DNA of 64,000 bases from Oscillospiraceae bacterium (GCA_015068305.1 SVKV01000010.1:902-64901), one strand, 5' to 3'; counted from the stretch's first letter, positions 25,597 to 35,960 are shown. A program made the numbers and translations. The notes: generated by a model from the letters alone, not told the origin.

Positions 25597-25948
25597 CCTT
25601 CTGGGTGTCTGGGGGGAAGCTCTGGCCGCAGAATATTTGAGAAAGAAGCATTATGAGATCCTGGCCGCCGGCTACCGCAGCCGGTTCGGCGAGATCGATC
25701 TGATTGTAAAAAATAAGAAATTTCTGGTTTTTGTGGAGGTTAAACTGCGAAAGACCGGGGACTTTGCAAAGGCGATGGAGTATGTGGACCGGCGGAAGCA
25801 GGATAAGATCCGCATCACCGCCTCCATGTACCTAAGTCAGAATCCCACGAATCTTCAGCCACGGTTTGATGTGGTCGAAATCTACGCTCCGGAGGGTACT
25901 GCCACCCGGAAACCACAAATCCATCATATGGAGGATGCATTTCAATGA
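25583..25948 (+). CDS. yraN: YraN-family (UPF0102) endonuclease-like protein
   Basis: GE.LA..YL...Y.IL..NYR...GEIDLI...VFVEVK pattern. Confidence 0.85.
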   Translation: MGKSNLLGVWGEALAAEYLRKKHYEILAAGYRSRFGEIDLIVKNKKFLVFVEVKLRKTGDFAKAMEYVDRRKQDKIRITASMYLSQNPTNLQPRFDVVEIYAPEGTATRKPQIHHMEDAFQ

Positions 25949-26898
25949 ATTTTCCTGTATTTGACCTGCATTGTGATACTGTTACCGAGCTTCTGGGCCG
26001 GGATCTGAAGGGCAGCACCAGTCTGCGCAGCAATCAGCTGCACATCGACCTGGAGCGGGCAAAGACATTGCCCGGCTATGCCCAGTGCTTTGGCTTCTGG
26101 TCCACCACCGGACTGCCCCTGCCCAAGGGCATTAAGATTGAAGAAATCTTCTGGCGGCAGGTGAGCCTGCTGCAGGATGCGCTGGATAAGAATAAGGATC
26201 TGATCCGGCAGGCAAGAACCGGCGACGATGTCCGGAAGAATCTGGCGGAAGGTCTGATGTCTGCCATTTTCACGATTGAGGGACCTGCCAATATCGGTTT
26301 TGATCCCGGAAAACTTCAGAAGCTCCACAATCTGGGTTTCCGGATTTCCACCCTGGGCTGGAATGAACAGAACTGCCTTACCGGCTCCCAGCAGACCGGC
26401 GGCGGACTGACCAAGCAGGGAAGAGCCTATGTGAAGGAATGCCAGCGGCTGGGAATTCTGGTGGATGTAAGCCATATTTCCGACGAAGCCTTCTGGCAGA
26501 TCATGGACATCACCGAGAAGCCGGTGATTGCTTCCCATTCCAACAGCCGCTCCGTTTGCGATGTGGCCCGGAATCTGACGGATGATATGTTCAAAGCCAT
26601 CTGCGCCACCGGCGGCGTGGCCGGCTTCAATATGTGTCCGCCCTTTGTGGGAGAGAATCCGGATCTTAACATGTGCTGTGACCATATCCTTCATTTCCTG
26701 GAGCTGGATCCCGACGGTACCCACGTGGCTCTGGGCGGCGACCTGGACGGCATTTCCGAAACACCGGCAGGTTTTGACGGCGTGCAGGACTATCCGAAGC
26801 TGGCACAGAAGCTGCTGGAGCGGGGCCTGGATGAAAGAACCGTTCAGAATATTTTCTGGAATAATGCACTGGGAGTGATCGATAAGTGCTCTATCTGA
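25945..26898 (+). CDS. Membrane dipeptidase (peptidase M19 family)
   Basis: FDLHCDT start, VDVSH and ASHSNSR motifs. Confidence 0.8.
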   Translation: MNFPVFDLHCDTVTELLGRDLKGSTSLRSNQLHIDLERAKTLPGYAQCFGFWSTTGLPLPKGIKIEEIFWRQVSLLQDALDKNKDLIRQARTGDDVRKNLAEGLMSAIFTIEGPANIGFDPGKLQKLHNLGFRISTLGWNEQNCLTGSQQTGGGLTKQGRAYVKECQRLGILVDVSHISDEAFWQIMDITEKPVIASHSNSRSVCDVARNLTDDMFKAICATGGVAGFNMCPPFVGENPDLNMCCDHILHFLELDPDGTHVALGGDLDGISETPAGFDGVQDYPKLAQKLLERGLDERTVQNIFWNNALGVIDKCSI

Positions 26899-27914
26899 CC
26901 ACCGGAAGCAAAACCGATACCTATACCGCCGCCAGGGCACTGCGGGAGGACCGCAGCCCGGACGGAGGCTTCTATGTGCCCATGAGACTGCCCCGGTTTG
27001 ATAACAGCCAGATCAAAGCGCTGGGGCAGAAGTCCTTTTCCCAGAATGTGGCTGAGGTGATCAACCTCTTCTTCGGCACCAGGCTGGACAGCTGGTCTGT
27101 GGAGTTTGCCATCGGCCGTTACCCTGTGAAGCTTGTCCAGCTTACCGGCAGGGAAGCGGTGGCCGAGACCTGGCACAATCCCAGCTGGCGGTATTCCCGT
27201 CTGGCCCGGGGAATTGAAAAAGCAATTCTGCACTCCGATCAGATCAGTCCGGTTCCTTCGGACTGGCTGATGGTTGCATCCAGAATTGCGGTTCTTTTCG
27301 GCATTTTTGGAGAACTGATCCGGGACGGCGCAGAAATGCCCATGGATGTGGCTGTTCCCAACGGCGATTTTTCCGGTCCCATGGCAGCCTGGTATGCCCG
27401 GGAGATGGGACTTCCCATTGCCAACATCCTGTGCTGCTGCAATGATAACAATGGCACCTGGCGGCTGCTGCACAAGGGCGAGATCCGCACGGATGCAGCT
27501 GCGCTGCATACGGATACCCCCGCGTGTGACCATGTTGCTCCCCGGGATCTGGAACGGCTGATTTACGGGACTCTCGGTCCCAAGTATGCAGTCAGCTTCC
27601 GTGAAGTCTGCCAAAATGGCGGTACCTTCTATCTGGAGCCGGAACAGCAGAATCTGTTGCGAAAAGGTATGTACGCACCGGTTACGGGCCTGCGCCGTCT
27701 GGAATCTGCAGTAACAAATCTTTATCAGAACTGCCGGTATCTGCCGGACCCCTATACTGCCCTTTGCTACAGCGGCATTCTGGATTACCGCAGTGTCACC
27801 GGAGAGGGTAGACGGGTACTGATTATTTCCGAGGAAAGTCCCGGTTACAGCATCGACTTTTTGGCCCGTTGTCTGGGGTTGAGTCCCTGGGAACTGAAAA
27901 AACGGATGAAATAG
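26886..27914 (+). CDS. Threonine-synthase-like protein lacking the PLP-lysine motif (probable non-catalytic or diverged paralog)
   Basis: ThrC-like N-terminus (MLYLTTGSK...SPDGGFYVP) and VAVPNGDFSGP...GLPI...CCCNDNN block. The position of HGPT.AFKD reads HNPSWRYSR, and the TSGDTG segment is absent. GTG start. Confidence 0.6.
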   Translation: MLYLTTGSKTDTYTAARALREDRSPDGGFYVPMRLPRFDNSQIKALGQKSFSQNVAEVINLFFGTRLDSWSVEFAIGRYPVKLVQLTGREAVAETWHNPSWRYSRLARGIEKAILHSDQISPVPSDWLMVASRIAVLFGIFGELIRDGAEMPMDVAVPNGDFSGPMAAWYAREMGLPIANILCCCNDNNGTWRLLHKGEIRTDAAALHTDTPACDHVAPRDLERLIYGTLGPKYAVSFREVCQNGGTFYLEPEQQNLLRKGMYAPVTGLRRLESAVTNLYQNCRYLPDPYTALCYSGILDYRSVTGEGRRVLIISEESPGYSIDFLARCLGLSPWELKKRMK

Positions 27915-27929
27915 AATTGAGGTGAGCCC

Positions 27930-28619
27930 ATGGCTCTGTATGCAATCGGCGATCTGCACCTGTGCCTGGGTGCGCCCAAGCCGATGGATATATTCGGCGG
28001 CAACTGGACCGGATATATGGAAAAATTAAAAGAGGGAATGTCCGTCATTACGGAAAAGGATACCACCGTCCTGCTGGGCGATCTGAGCTGGGCATTGTCC
28101 CTGGAGGAATCTGCGGCGGATTTTGCCTGGATCAATGAAATTCCCGGGAGGAAGATCCTGCTCAAGGGCAATCACGATTACTGGTGGAGCACTGCGGCAA
28201 AGTTCCGGAAATTCTGTGAAGCCAACGGCTTTACTGATATGGAGATTCTCAACAACAACTGCTTTGAATACGATGACTGGGCCATCTGCGGCACCCGGGG
28301 CTGGTTCTTTGAGGAAGAGCGCAGCGGCGCCCACGATGAGAAGGTTTTCAGACGGGAACTGTGCCGGCTGGAGGCATCGCTGAAGGCGGCAGGGGAGAAA
28401 CAGAAGCTGGTTTTTCTTCACTATCCGCCGAAGTACAAGGGCTATGAATGCCGGGAGATTCTGGAACTTCTGGAAAAGTATGAGGTTCGCCGCTGCTTTT
28501 ACGGGCATCTTCACGGCGGCAGCCACCGGCTTGCCCTGGAAGGTCTTTGGGATGGCGTGGAATACCGGCTGGTAGCCGCAGACTACCTGAATTTTAAGCC
28601 TTACAAAGTAATTTTCTAA
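27930..28619 (+). CDS. Metallophosphoesterase
   Basis: YAIGDLHL, LGDLS and GNHDYWW motifs. Confidence 0.8.
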   Translation: MALYAIGDLHLCLGAPKPMDIFGGNWTGYMEKLKEGMSVITEKDTTVLLGDLSWALSLEESAADFAWINEIPGRKILLKGNHDYWWSTAAKFRKFCEANGFTDMEILNNNCFEYDDWAICGTRGWFFEEERSGAHDEKVFRRELCRLEASLKAAGEKQKLVFLHYPPKYKGYECREILELLEKYEVRRCFYGHLHGGSHRLALEGLWDGVEYRLVAADYLNFKPYKVIF

Positions 28620-28638
28620 AGTTTTTTCGAAAAAAGAG

Positions 28639-28667
28639 TGGACAACCGTCACTTTCTTTGATAGAAT
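28639..28667 (+). promoter_or_regulatory. Sigma-A-like promoter for tig
   Basis: TGGACA, 17-nt spacer, TAGAAT. Confidence 0.5.
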
Positions 28668-28732
28668 ATTACGGCTGAATTTATATAGAATGGTTTCACT
28701 GTGTGAACCACACTTTAGGAGGATAATTAACC

Positions 28733-30019
28733 ATGAATGTGAAGAACATTGAAAAGAACGGCAATCAGGCCACCATCACTGTCGAGATCGACAAGGAGCT
28801 GATGGAGAAGGGCGTCAATGCCGCATACCTGAAGCAGCGCAAGATGATCGCCATCCCCGGTTTCCGCAAGGGCAAGGCTCCCCGGAAGATGATCGAGGCT
28901 ATGTACGGCGCTCATGTTTTCTACGAAGACGGCCTGGAAGAGATCTTCCCCGAGGTTTACAAGGCTGCTGTTCTGGATCAGGACATCAAGGCCATCGGCC
29001 GTCCCAGCCTGACCGACATGCAGATTGCTGAAGACAACACTGTTACTCTGGTTCTGACCACCGATGTCTACCCCGAGGTCACTCTGGGCCAGTACAAGGG
29101 TCTGGAAGTTGAGAAGGCTGCCGTTGAGGTTTCCGATGCACAGGTTCAGGCTGAGCTGGACCGTATGGCTCAGAACGTTGCTTCCACTGAGGAAGTTGAG
29201 AAGGCTGCCGAGATGGGCGACACCGCCAACATCGACTTCGAGGGCTTTGATAATGGCGTCGCTTTCGAGGGCGGCAAGGGCGAGAACTTCGACCTGAAGC
29301 TGGGCTCCGGCTCCTTCGTTCCCGGCTTTGAGGAGCAGATCGTTGGCATGACCGCCGGCGAAGAGAAGGACATCGACATTACCTTCCCCGAAGATTACCA
29401 TGCTGATCTGGCCGGCAAGGCTGTTGTGTTCCACGTCAAGCTGAACAAGGTCACCGTGACCAATGTTCCCGCTCTGGACGATGAGTTTGCCAAGGACGTT
29501 TCCGAGTTCGAGACTCTGGAGGAGCTGAAGGCTGACATCCGTGCAAAGGCTCTGGAGAATGCTGAGAAGAACGCTGCTTCCGCTTTCGAGAATGCCTGCG
29601 TTGAGAAGGCTGCCGAGCTGACCACCGTCGAGATGCCCGCTGCACTGATCGAGTCCGAGCTGGACAACCAGATGGAGCGCTTCGCATATCAGCTGCAGAT
29701 GAGCGGCTACTCCATGGATCAGTATGCCAAGATGATGGGCGGCGATGTCAACACCATGCGCAATGCTTTCCGTCCCACCGCTGAGAAGCAGGCCAAGATC
29801 AACGTCACCCTGACCAAGATCATCGAGACCGAGGGCATCACCGTTTCCGACGAGGACATGGAGGCTGAATTCGAGGCTCTGGCAAAGCAGTACGAGCTGG
29901 AAGTTGAGAAGGTCAAGGAGATGGTCGCAGCCGACGAGCTGAAGGCTACTCTGGAAAACCGCAAGGCTGTGAAGCTGATTGTCGACTCCGCTGTTGCAGT
30001 TGCTCCCAAGGCTGAGTAA
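28733..30019 (+). CDS. tig: Trigger factor
   Basis: GFRKGKAPRKMIE ribosome-binding signature and central FKBP-type domain (GFEEQIVGM). Confidence 0.95.
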   Translation: MNVKNIEKNGNQATITVEIDKELMEKGVNAAYLKQRKMIAIPGFRKGKAPRKMIEAMYGAHVFYEDGLEEIFPEVYKAAVLDQDIKAIGRPSLTDMQIAEDNTVTLVLTTDVYPEVTLGQYKGLEVEKAAVEVSDAQVQAELDRMAQNVASTEEVEKAAEMGDTANIDFEGFDNGVAFEGGKGENFDLKLGSGSFVPGFEEQIVGMTAGEEKDIDITFPEDYHADLAGKAVVFHVKLNKVTVTNVPALDDEFAKDVSEFETLEELKADIRAKALENAEKNAASAFENACVEKAAELTTVEMPAALIESELDNQMERFAYQLQMSGYSMDQYAKMMGGDVNTMRNAFRPTAEKQAKINVTLTKIIETEGITVSDEDMEAEFEALAKQYELEVEKVKEMVAADELKATLENRKAVKLIVDSAVAVAPKAE

Positions 30020-30039
30020 TTAAAATATTGTATACATCC

Positions 30040-30070
30040 GGTATCGCAGAGGGAGTCCCTCTGCGATACC
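30040..30070 (+). other. 14-bp perfect hairpin without U-tract between tig and clpP
   Basis: GGTATCGCAGAGGG AGT CCCTCTGCGATACC, followed by GC-rich sequence. Could be a stabiliser, a processing site or a weak terminator. Confidence 0.6.
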
Positions 30071-30160
30071 GCGCCATACTCTCACGGTGGAGGAATAAGT
30101 TTCCTCTGGAATGGTTAGAATGTTTCAAGCCTTATTTTCCCTTGAAAGGAGAACATCACC

Positions 30161-30742
30161 ATGAGTTTTATTCCCTATGTTGTTGAACAGACCAGCCGCG
30201 GTGAGCGCAGCTTTGATATTTTCTCCCGTCTGCTCAATGACCGCATTATTTTCCTGTCCGAAGAGGTCAACGATACCACCGCTTCTCTGATCGTTGCACA
30301 GCTGCTGTATCTGGAAGCCCAGGACCCCGATAAGGACATCCAGTTCTACATCAACAGCCCCGGCGGCTCCGTTACCGCAGGCATGGCCATCTATGACACC
30401 ATGAAGTATATCAAGTGCGATGTGGCCACCATCTGCGTGGGTATGGCTGCCTCCATGGGTGCCTTCCTGCTGAGCGCAGGTACCAAGGGCAAGCGTATGG
30501 CACTGCCCAATGCCGAGATTATGATCCATCAGCCCTCTGCCGGTACTCAGGGTCAGATCACGGATATGGCCATTCACATGAAGCGTCTGCAGATCATCAA
30601 GGAGCGGATGAACCGGATCATGGCCGAAAATACCGGCCGCAGCGTGGAAGAAGTCACCGCTGCCTGTGAGCGGGATAACTTCATGTCCTCCCAGGAAGCT
30701 CTGGAATTTGGTCTGGTGGACCGGGTTCTGGATCACCACTAA
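30161..30742 (+). CDS. clpP: ATP-dependent Clp protease proteolytic subunit
   Basis: RIIFL...INSPGG...[11 protein letters not shown]...IHQP. Confidence 0.95.
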   Translation: MSFIPYVVEQTSRGERSFDIFSRLLNDRIIFLSEEVNDTTASLIVAQLLYLEAQDPDKDIQFYINSPGGSVTAGMAIYDTMKYIKCDVATICVGMAASMGAFLLSAGTKGKRMALPNAEIMIHQPSAGTQGQITDMAIHMKRLQIIKERMNRIMAENTGRSVEEVTAACERDNFMSSQEALEFGLVDRVLDHH

Positions 30743-30765
30743 CTCAGAAAGGCAGTAGAAGCTAC

Positions 30766-32028
30766 ATGTCCAGAAAAGACGAGCAGCCGATTCGCTGCAG
30801 CTTCTGCGGCAGACGGGAAAATCAGGCTGGCCGGCTGGTTGCAGGACCCGGTGTCTATATCTGCAATGAGTGCGTGCAGGCATGCAGCGAGCTGCTGCGT
30901 GACGAAATCCAGTACGATGAAGACGGTAATTTCCGCGCACCGGAGAGCCTGCCCACCCCCATGGAGATCAAGGCCTTCATGGACCAGTACATTGTGGGCC
31001 AGGAAGATGCCAAAATCGCCCTGTCTGTTGCGGTTTACAATCACTATAAGCGGATCTACTACGGCTCTGATTCCGATGTAGAACTGCAGAAGAGCAATAT
31101 TCTGCTCATCGGCCCCACGGGCTGCGGCAAGACCCTCTTTGCCCAGACCCTGGCCAAAATTCTGAATGTTCCCTTTGCCATCGCCGATGCCACCACTCTG
31201 ACCGAAGCCGGTTATGTGGGTGACGATGTGGAGAACATCCTGCTGCGGCTTTTGCAGGCAGCGGAGTTTGACGTGGCGCTGGCGGAGAGGGGCATCATCT
31301 ACATTGACGAGATGGATAAGATCGCCCGAAAGAGCGAGAATACCTCCATTACCCGGGATGTTTCCGGCGAAGGTGTTCAGCAGGCCCTGCTGAAGATCCT
31401 GGAAGGTACCGTTGCCAGCGTGCCGCCCCAGGGTGGCCGCAAGCACCCCCAGCAGGAAATGATCCCCATCGACACCACCAACATCCTCTTTATCTGCGGC
31501 GGCGCCTTCGACGGCCTGGATAAGATCGTGGAAAAGCGCATCGACAAAGCACCCATGGGCTTCGATGCTCCGGTGCGCAGCAAGCAGAAGCGGGATGTGG
31601 GCAAGCTGCTTGCCATGGCGGAACCGGATGATCTGCTGAAGTTCGGTATTATTCCGGAGCTGGTGGGCCGCATGCCGGTGATCACCTGCCTGCAGAGCCT
31701 TGGCAAGGATGATCTGGTTCGGATTCTGGTGGAACCCAAGAACGCCCTGGCCAAGCAGTACAGAAAGCTGCTGGAGCTGGACCATGTGGACCTGGAGATC
31801 CGCAAGGATGCCATGGAAGCCATTGCCCAGAAGGCTGTGGACCGTCAGATCGGCGCAAGAGGTCTTCGGGCCATTATGGAGAAGATCATGACGAAAATCA
31901 TGTACCGGATTCCCTCTGACCTTTCCATCCGCAAAGTCATCATCACCCCGGAATGTGTGGAGGGCGGTGACCCGGACATCGTGCGCGATGTCGCAAGACC
32001 CAGAGAAAAACTGGGCTCCAGAAGATAA
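30766..32028 (+). CDS. clpX: ATP-dependent Clp protease ATP-binding subunit ClpX
   Basis: Zinc-finger CSFCG...CNEC, and Walker A GPTGCGKT. Confidence 0.95.
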   Translation: MSRKDEQPIRCSFCGRRENQAGRLVAGPGVYICNECVQACSELLRDEIQYDEDGNFRAPESLPTPMEIKAFMDQYIVGQEDAKIALSVAVYNHYKRIYYGSDSDVELQKSNILLIGPTGCGKTLFAQTLAKILNVPFAIADATTLTEAGYVGDDVENILLRLLQAAEFDVALAERGIIYIDEMDKIARKSENTSITRDVSGEGVQQALLKILEGTVASVPPQGGRKHPQQEMIPIDTTNILFICGGAFDGLDKIVEKRIDKAPMGFDAPVRSKQKRDVGKLLAMAEPDDLLKFGIIPELVGRMPVITCLQSLGKDDLVRILVEPKNALAKQYRKLLELDHVDLEIRKDAMEAIAQKAVDRQIGARGLRAIMEKIMTKIMYRIPSDLSIRKVIITPECVEGGDPDIVRDVARPREKLGSRR

Positions 32029-32034
32029 CCATGC

Positions 32035-32062
32035 AAGGGGGTAGTATGCTACCCCCTTTTTC
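32035..32062 (+). terminator. Intrinsic terminator after clpX
   Basis: Stem GGGGGTAG/CTACCCCC, followed by TTTTT. Confidence 0.8.
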
Positions 32063-32082
32063 CTATAAGGAGGGAGAATCCC

Positions 32083-34485
32083 TTGAGTGAACAACTGACT
32101 TCCGGAAAAATGCCTGTGCTTGCCCTTCGGGGCCTGGCGGTTTTTCCCGATCAGACGATCCACTTTGATGTGGGCCGTCCCAAATCCATCAAGGCATTGG
32201 AAGATGCCATGAAAAAGGATCAGCATATCTTTCTGGTTCCCCAGAAGGATATTGTCAACAGCGACCCCGGTTACACCGATCTGTACCCAATCGGAGTGGT
32301 GGGCAAAATCAAGCAGGTTCTGAAATCCCAGGGTGAGAATCTGCGAGTTCTGGTAACCGGCCTGTGCCGCGCCCAGATCAAAGATGTGATTCAGAACGAT
32401 CCATTTATGCTGGCCTATATCCGGGCCGTCCCCGAGACGGAAGTTGCCGATTCCACCCGGGCCCATGCCCTCAGAAGAGAGGCAAACGGCCTCTACGCCG
32501 TATACTCGGAGCTTCTGGAGCATCCTGCCCAGGCAGTCCAGCTTCGGATGATGGGCACCAACAGCACCGGTTTCATTGCTGACTCCATTGCCCAGAATTC
32601 CGGCATCGACATCCAGGATAAGGCGAAGCTTCTGTGCCAGCTGAATCCGGTCAAACGGCTGGAAATGGCAGTAAAGCTGCTGCGCCGGGAAATCGAAATG
32701 CTCCGACTGGAATCCCAGATCCAGGAAAAGACCAAGGCAAACATTGATCAGAATCAGAAGGATTACTACCTGCGGGAACAGATCCGCGTTCTGAAGGACG
32801 AGCTGGGCGAGGGTGACGATGAGTCTGAATTTGCCAATTATGAGCGGAACATTCTGAAGCTCCACCTGGATGAAGAATCCGAGAAGAAGCTGCTGAAGGA
32901 CCTGAACCGGCTGAAAAAGCAGCCCTTCGGCTCCCAGGAGGCAGCGGTGCTGCGCAACTATCTGGACACCGTTCTGGAGCTTCCCTGGAACACCAGAACA
33001 AAGGAGCGCATTGATGTGGCCGCAGCCCGGAAGATCCTGGACCACGACCACTTTGGCCTCCAGAAGGTCAAGGAACGGATCCTGGAAACCATTGCGGTCC
33101 GTCAGATCGCCCCCGATATGCCCCCCCAGATCATCTGTCTGGTGGGCCCTCCCGGCGTTGGTAAGACGTCGATAGCCTATTCCATCAGCCGGGCGCTGAA
33201 CCGGAAAATGACCCGGATCAGCCTGGGCGGCGTCCGGGATGAGGCAGACATCCGGGGTCACCGGAAGACTTATGTGGGTGCCATGCCCGGCCGGATTATT
33301 TCCGGTCTGATCCAGGTGGGCTCCTCCAATCCGCTGATGCTCCTGGATGAGATCGATAAGATGGGTTCTGACCACCGGGGTGACCCGGCAGCTGCGCTGC
33401 TGGAAGTGCTGGATGGGGAGCAGAATGGAACCTACCGGGATCATTTCCTGGAGATTCCCTACGATCTGTCCGATGTGATGTTCCTTACCACCGCCAATAC
33501 CCTGGATACAGTTCCGAGACCCCTTCTTGACCGCATGGAGGTCATTGAGCTGGGCTCCTACACGGATGAAGAAAAGCTGATGATCGCAAAGAATCATCTG
33601 ATCCCTAAGCAGCTGGAAAAGCACGGCATTAAGAAGGCGCAGCTGCGCATCACGGACGATGCCATCCGGGAGATCATTACCTGCTATACCAGAGAGTCCG
33701 GTGTCCGGAAGCTGGAGCGGTGCTTTGCAGAAATCTGCCGCAAAACTGCAATGGAGCTTCTGCAGCAGGAAAGTCCCAAGCGGATCACAGTCACCGGTTC
33801 CAACCTGGAAAAGTTCCTGGGTGTCCGCAAATTCCTGCCGGTTCGGCTGCCCGGTTATGACCAGGTGGGTCTGGTAACCGGTCTTGCCTGGACTTCCGTG
33901 GGCGGTGAAACTCTGGAAGTGGAAGTCAATGTGATGGATGGATCCGGTAAGCTGGAGCTGACCGGCAATCTGGGCGATGTGATGAAGGAATCTGCCCACG
34001 CGGCATTGAGCTATATCCGCTCCAATGCGGAAAAGCTGGGTGTTCCCACGGACTTCTATAAAACGAAGGATATTCATGTCCATTTCCCCGAGGGCGCTGT
34101 GCCCAAGGACGGCCCCAGCGCCGGTGTGACGGTCTGCACCGCCATGGTTTCTGCGCTGACCGGTACAACCGTTCGCCGGGATGTGGCCATGACCGGTGAG
34201 ATTTCCCTCCGGGGCCGGGTGATGGCCATTGGCGGTCTGAAGGAAAAAACCATGGCTGCCTTGCGGCACGGAATTTCCACCGTGATTATCCCCAAGGATA
34301 ATGAGCGGGACCTGGAGGAAATCGACCAGACGGTGCGCAAGCAGCTGAATTTCATTGTGGCATCCCGGATTGAGACGGTACTGGACGCTGCGCTGAACCG
34401 TACCCCGGAAGCCCAGCCCACCATTCTGTCCGAGATTCCCGAGAACGTGGGAAGTCAGAGAAGAAAGCCGTCCATCCGGCAGTAA
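32083..34485 (+). CDS. lon: Lon protease (LonA)
   Basis: LON N-terminal domain, Walker A GPPGVGKTS, catalytic PKDGPSAG. TTG start at 32083 behind AAGGAGGGA. An alternative ATG lies at 32110. Confidence 0.95.
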   Translation: MSEQLTSGKMPVLALRGLAVFPDQTIHFDVGRPKSIKALEDAMKKDQHIFLVPQKDIVNSDPGYTDLYPIGVVGKIKQVLKSQGENLRVLVTGLCRAQIKDVIQNDPFMLAYIRAVPETEVADSTRAHALRREANGLYAVYSELLEHPAQAVQLRMMGTNSTGFIADSIAQNSGIDIQDKAKLLCQLNPVKRLEMAVKLLRREIEMLRLESQIQEKTKANIDQNQKDYYLREQIRVLKDELGEGDDESEFANYERNILKLHLDEESEKKLLKDLNRLKKQPFGSQEAAVLRNYLDTVLELPWNTRTKERIDVAAARKILDHDHFGLQKVKERILETIAVRQIAPDMPPQIICLVGPPGVGKTSIAYSISRALNRKMTRISLGGVRDEADIRGHRKTYVGAMPGRIISGLIQVGSSNPLMLLDEIDKMGSDHRGDPAAALLEVLDGEQNGTYRDHFLEIPYDLSDVMFLTTANTLDTVPRPLLDRMEVIELGSYTDEEKLMIAKNHLIPKQLEKHGIKKAQLRITDDAIREIITCYTRESGVRKLERCFAEICRKTAMELLQQESPKRITVTGSNLEKFLGVRKFLPVRLPGYDQVGLVTGLAWTSVGGETLEVEVNVMDGSGKLELTGNLGDVMKESAHAALSYIRSNAEKLGVPTDFYKTKDIHVHFPEGAVPKDGPSAGVTVCTAMVSALTGTTVRRDVAMTGEISLRGRVMAIGGLKEKTMAALRHGISTVIIPKDNERDLEEIDQTVRKQLNFIVASRIETVLDAALNRTPEAQPTILSEIPENVGSQRRKPSIRQ

Positions 34486-34498
34486 AGAGAGGGAAGCT

Positions 34499-35086
34499 AT
34501 GAATTTTCAGAAGGTTGAATTTTTGATCTCCGCAGCTGCACCCAAGGATTTTCCCAAAACCAGACTGCCGGAAATCGCCTTTGCCGGCAAATCCAATGTG
34601 GGCAAATCCTCTGTAATCAACAGACTCCTGCAGCGCAAAAATTTTGCCCGGGTGGGTGATAAACCCGGTAAGACCATTCATGTCAACTATTTCACCATCG
34701 ACAGTACCTGCTACCTGGTGGACCTGCCCGGCTACGGCTATGCCCAGGTTTCCCAGAAGGAGAAGGAACGCTGGGGAAAGCTGATGGAGGATTACTTTGC
34801 CGCCGGTCGTATCGACCTGGGTGTTCTGATCGTGGACTACCGGCATCCCCCTACGAAAAACGACATCACCATGGCCCGGTGGTTCCTGGACAGCGGCTGC
34901 CCTTTTGTGGTGGTGGCAAACAAGATGGACAAGCTGAAAAAGAGCGAGCTGGAGCCGAATCTTGTGACCATCCGGGAGGACCTGGAGCTTCCGGAGGATT
35001 GTCCCATTATCCCGTTCTCTGCGGAAAAGGGTAACGGCCGTGACGAGCTGGTCAGACTGATTCTCAGCGCCGTGGAGAAAAAGTAA
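34499..35086 (+). CDS. engB: Ribosome biogenesis GTP-binding protein YihA/YsxC (EngB)
   Basis: GKSNVGKSS, DLPGYGYA and NKMDK motifs. Confidence 0.9.
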   Translation: MNFQKVEFLISAAAPKDFPKTRLPEIAFAGKSNVGKSSVINRLLQRKNFARVGDKPGKTIHVNYFTIDSTCYLVDLPGYGYAQVSQKEKERWGKLMEDYFAAGRIDLGVLIVDYRHPPTKNDITMARWFLDSGCPFVVVANKMDKLKKSELEPNLVTIREDLELPEDCPIIPFSAEKGNGRDELVRLILSAVEKK

Positions 35087-35111
35087 GTTTTACATCGTTT
35101 CTGCCTAACTT

Positions 35112-35146
35112 AAAAAATCCACAGCTGTCTGCTGTGGATTTTTTAT
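35112..35146 (+). terminator. Intrinsic terminator after engB
   Basis: Stem ATCCACAGC/GCTGTGGAT flanked by A-run and T-run. Confidence 0.85.
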
Positions 35147-35206
35147 ATGAAATTTAAGGTGCAATTTCAATAATTTGTGGTACAATACCGGTAAAGAGGT
35201 GACAGT

Positions 35207-35911
35207 ATGACGGATCGGCACAAGAAGCTATTGTATTCTGCGTCCATTTTGATTTTTCTGCTGTTTTGCGGACTGACCGGTTGGTACATCGGAGTACCCA
35301 TGGTTCGTTTTGCGGAGAATCCGGAGCAGTTTCAATCCTGGGTGGATGCATCGGGCCTTTGGAGCCGTGTGATTTTCATCGGCATGGTGGTTTTGCAGGT
35401 TCTGGTGGCCTTTATTCCGGGAGAGGCAATTGAACTGGCAGCGGGCTATGCCTTCGGCGGAATGGAAGGGACAGTCCTTTCCATGGTTGGCATCGTGGTC
35501 GGAAGCTGCATCATCTACCTGGCTGTCCGGAAATTCGGTGTCAAAATGGTGGAGGTGTTCTTTTCAAAAAAGAGCATTTCCGAAGTTAGCTTTCTGAAAA
35601 ATCCGAAGAAAGCAAAGGTGCTGGCATTCCTACTGATGCTGATACCCGGCACACCGAAGGATTTCCTCAGTTATTTTGCGGGACTGACCAGCCTGACCCT
35701 GTCCCAGTGGCTGAAGATCGTGGTCATCGCCCGGCTGCCTTCGGTTCTGACTTCCACCCTGACCGGTGCTGCGGCAGGGGAGGAACAGTATGGACTTGCG
35801 GTGCTGATGCTGATCGTGACGGCTCTGCTCAGCGCTGCCGGTATCCTCTATTACCGAAAAATTTGCAAGGAAGAAAATGAAGCAATAAAGCCGGATGATC
35901 TGGCCGCATAA
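35207..35911 (+). CDS. TVP38/TMEM64 (DedA-like) family membrane protein
   Basis: Multi-pass protein with the FIPGEAIELAAGYAFG and LIPGTPKD signatures. Confidence 0.75.
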   Translation: MTDRHKKLLYSASILIFLLFCGLTGWYIGVPMVRFAENPEQFQSWVDASGLWSRVIFIGMVVLQVLVAFIPGEAIELAAGYAFGGMEGTVLSMVGIVVGSCIIYLAVRKFGVKMVEVFFSKKSISEVSFLKNPKKAKVLAFLLMLIPGTPKDFLSYFAGLTSLTLSQWLKIVVIARLPSVLTSTLTGAAAGEEQYGLAVLMLIVTALLSAAGILYYRKICKEENEAIKPDDLAA

Positions 35912-35914
35912 AGG

Positions 35915-35952
35915 AAAAAAGCAGCAAATCCAAGTGGATTTGCTGCTTTTAT
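35915..35952. terminator. Bidirectional intrinsic terminator
   Basis: Stem AAAAGCAGCAAATCC/GGATTTGCTGCTTTT between convergent genes. Confidence 0.85.
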
Positions 35953-35960
35953 GTATGTCG

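Noticed and set aside
30739-34269. 1176-aa ORF on the minus strand spanning clpX, the spacer and most of lon
   Set aside because: It is exactly antisense to two textbook genes with clear motifs. The translation is low-complexity (H/G/Q/L/A-rich) with no recognisable domain, SD or sensible start. This is a typical shadow ORF produced by codon bias in a GC-rich coding region.
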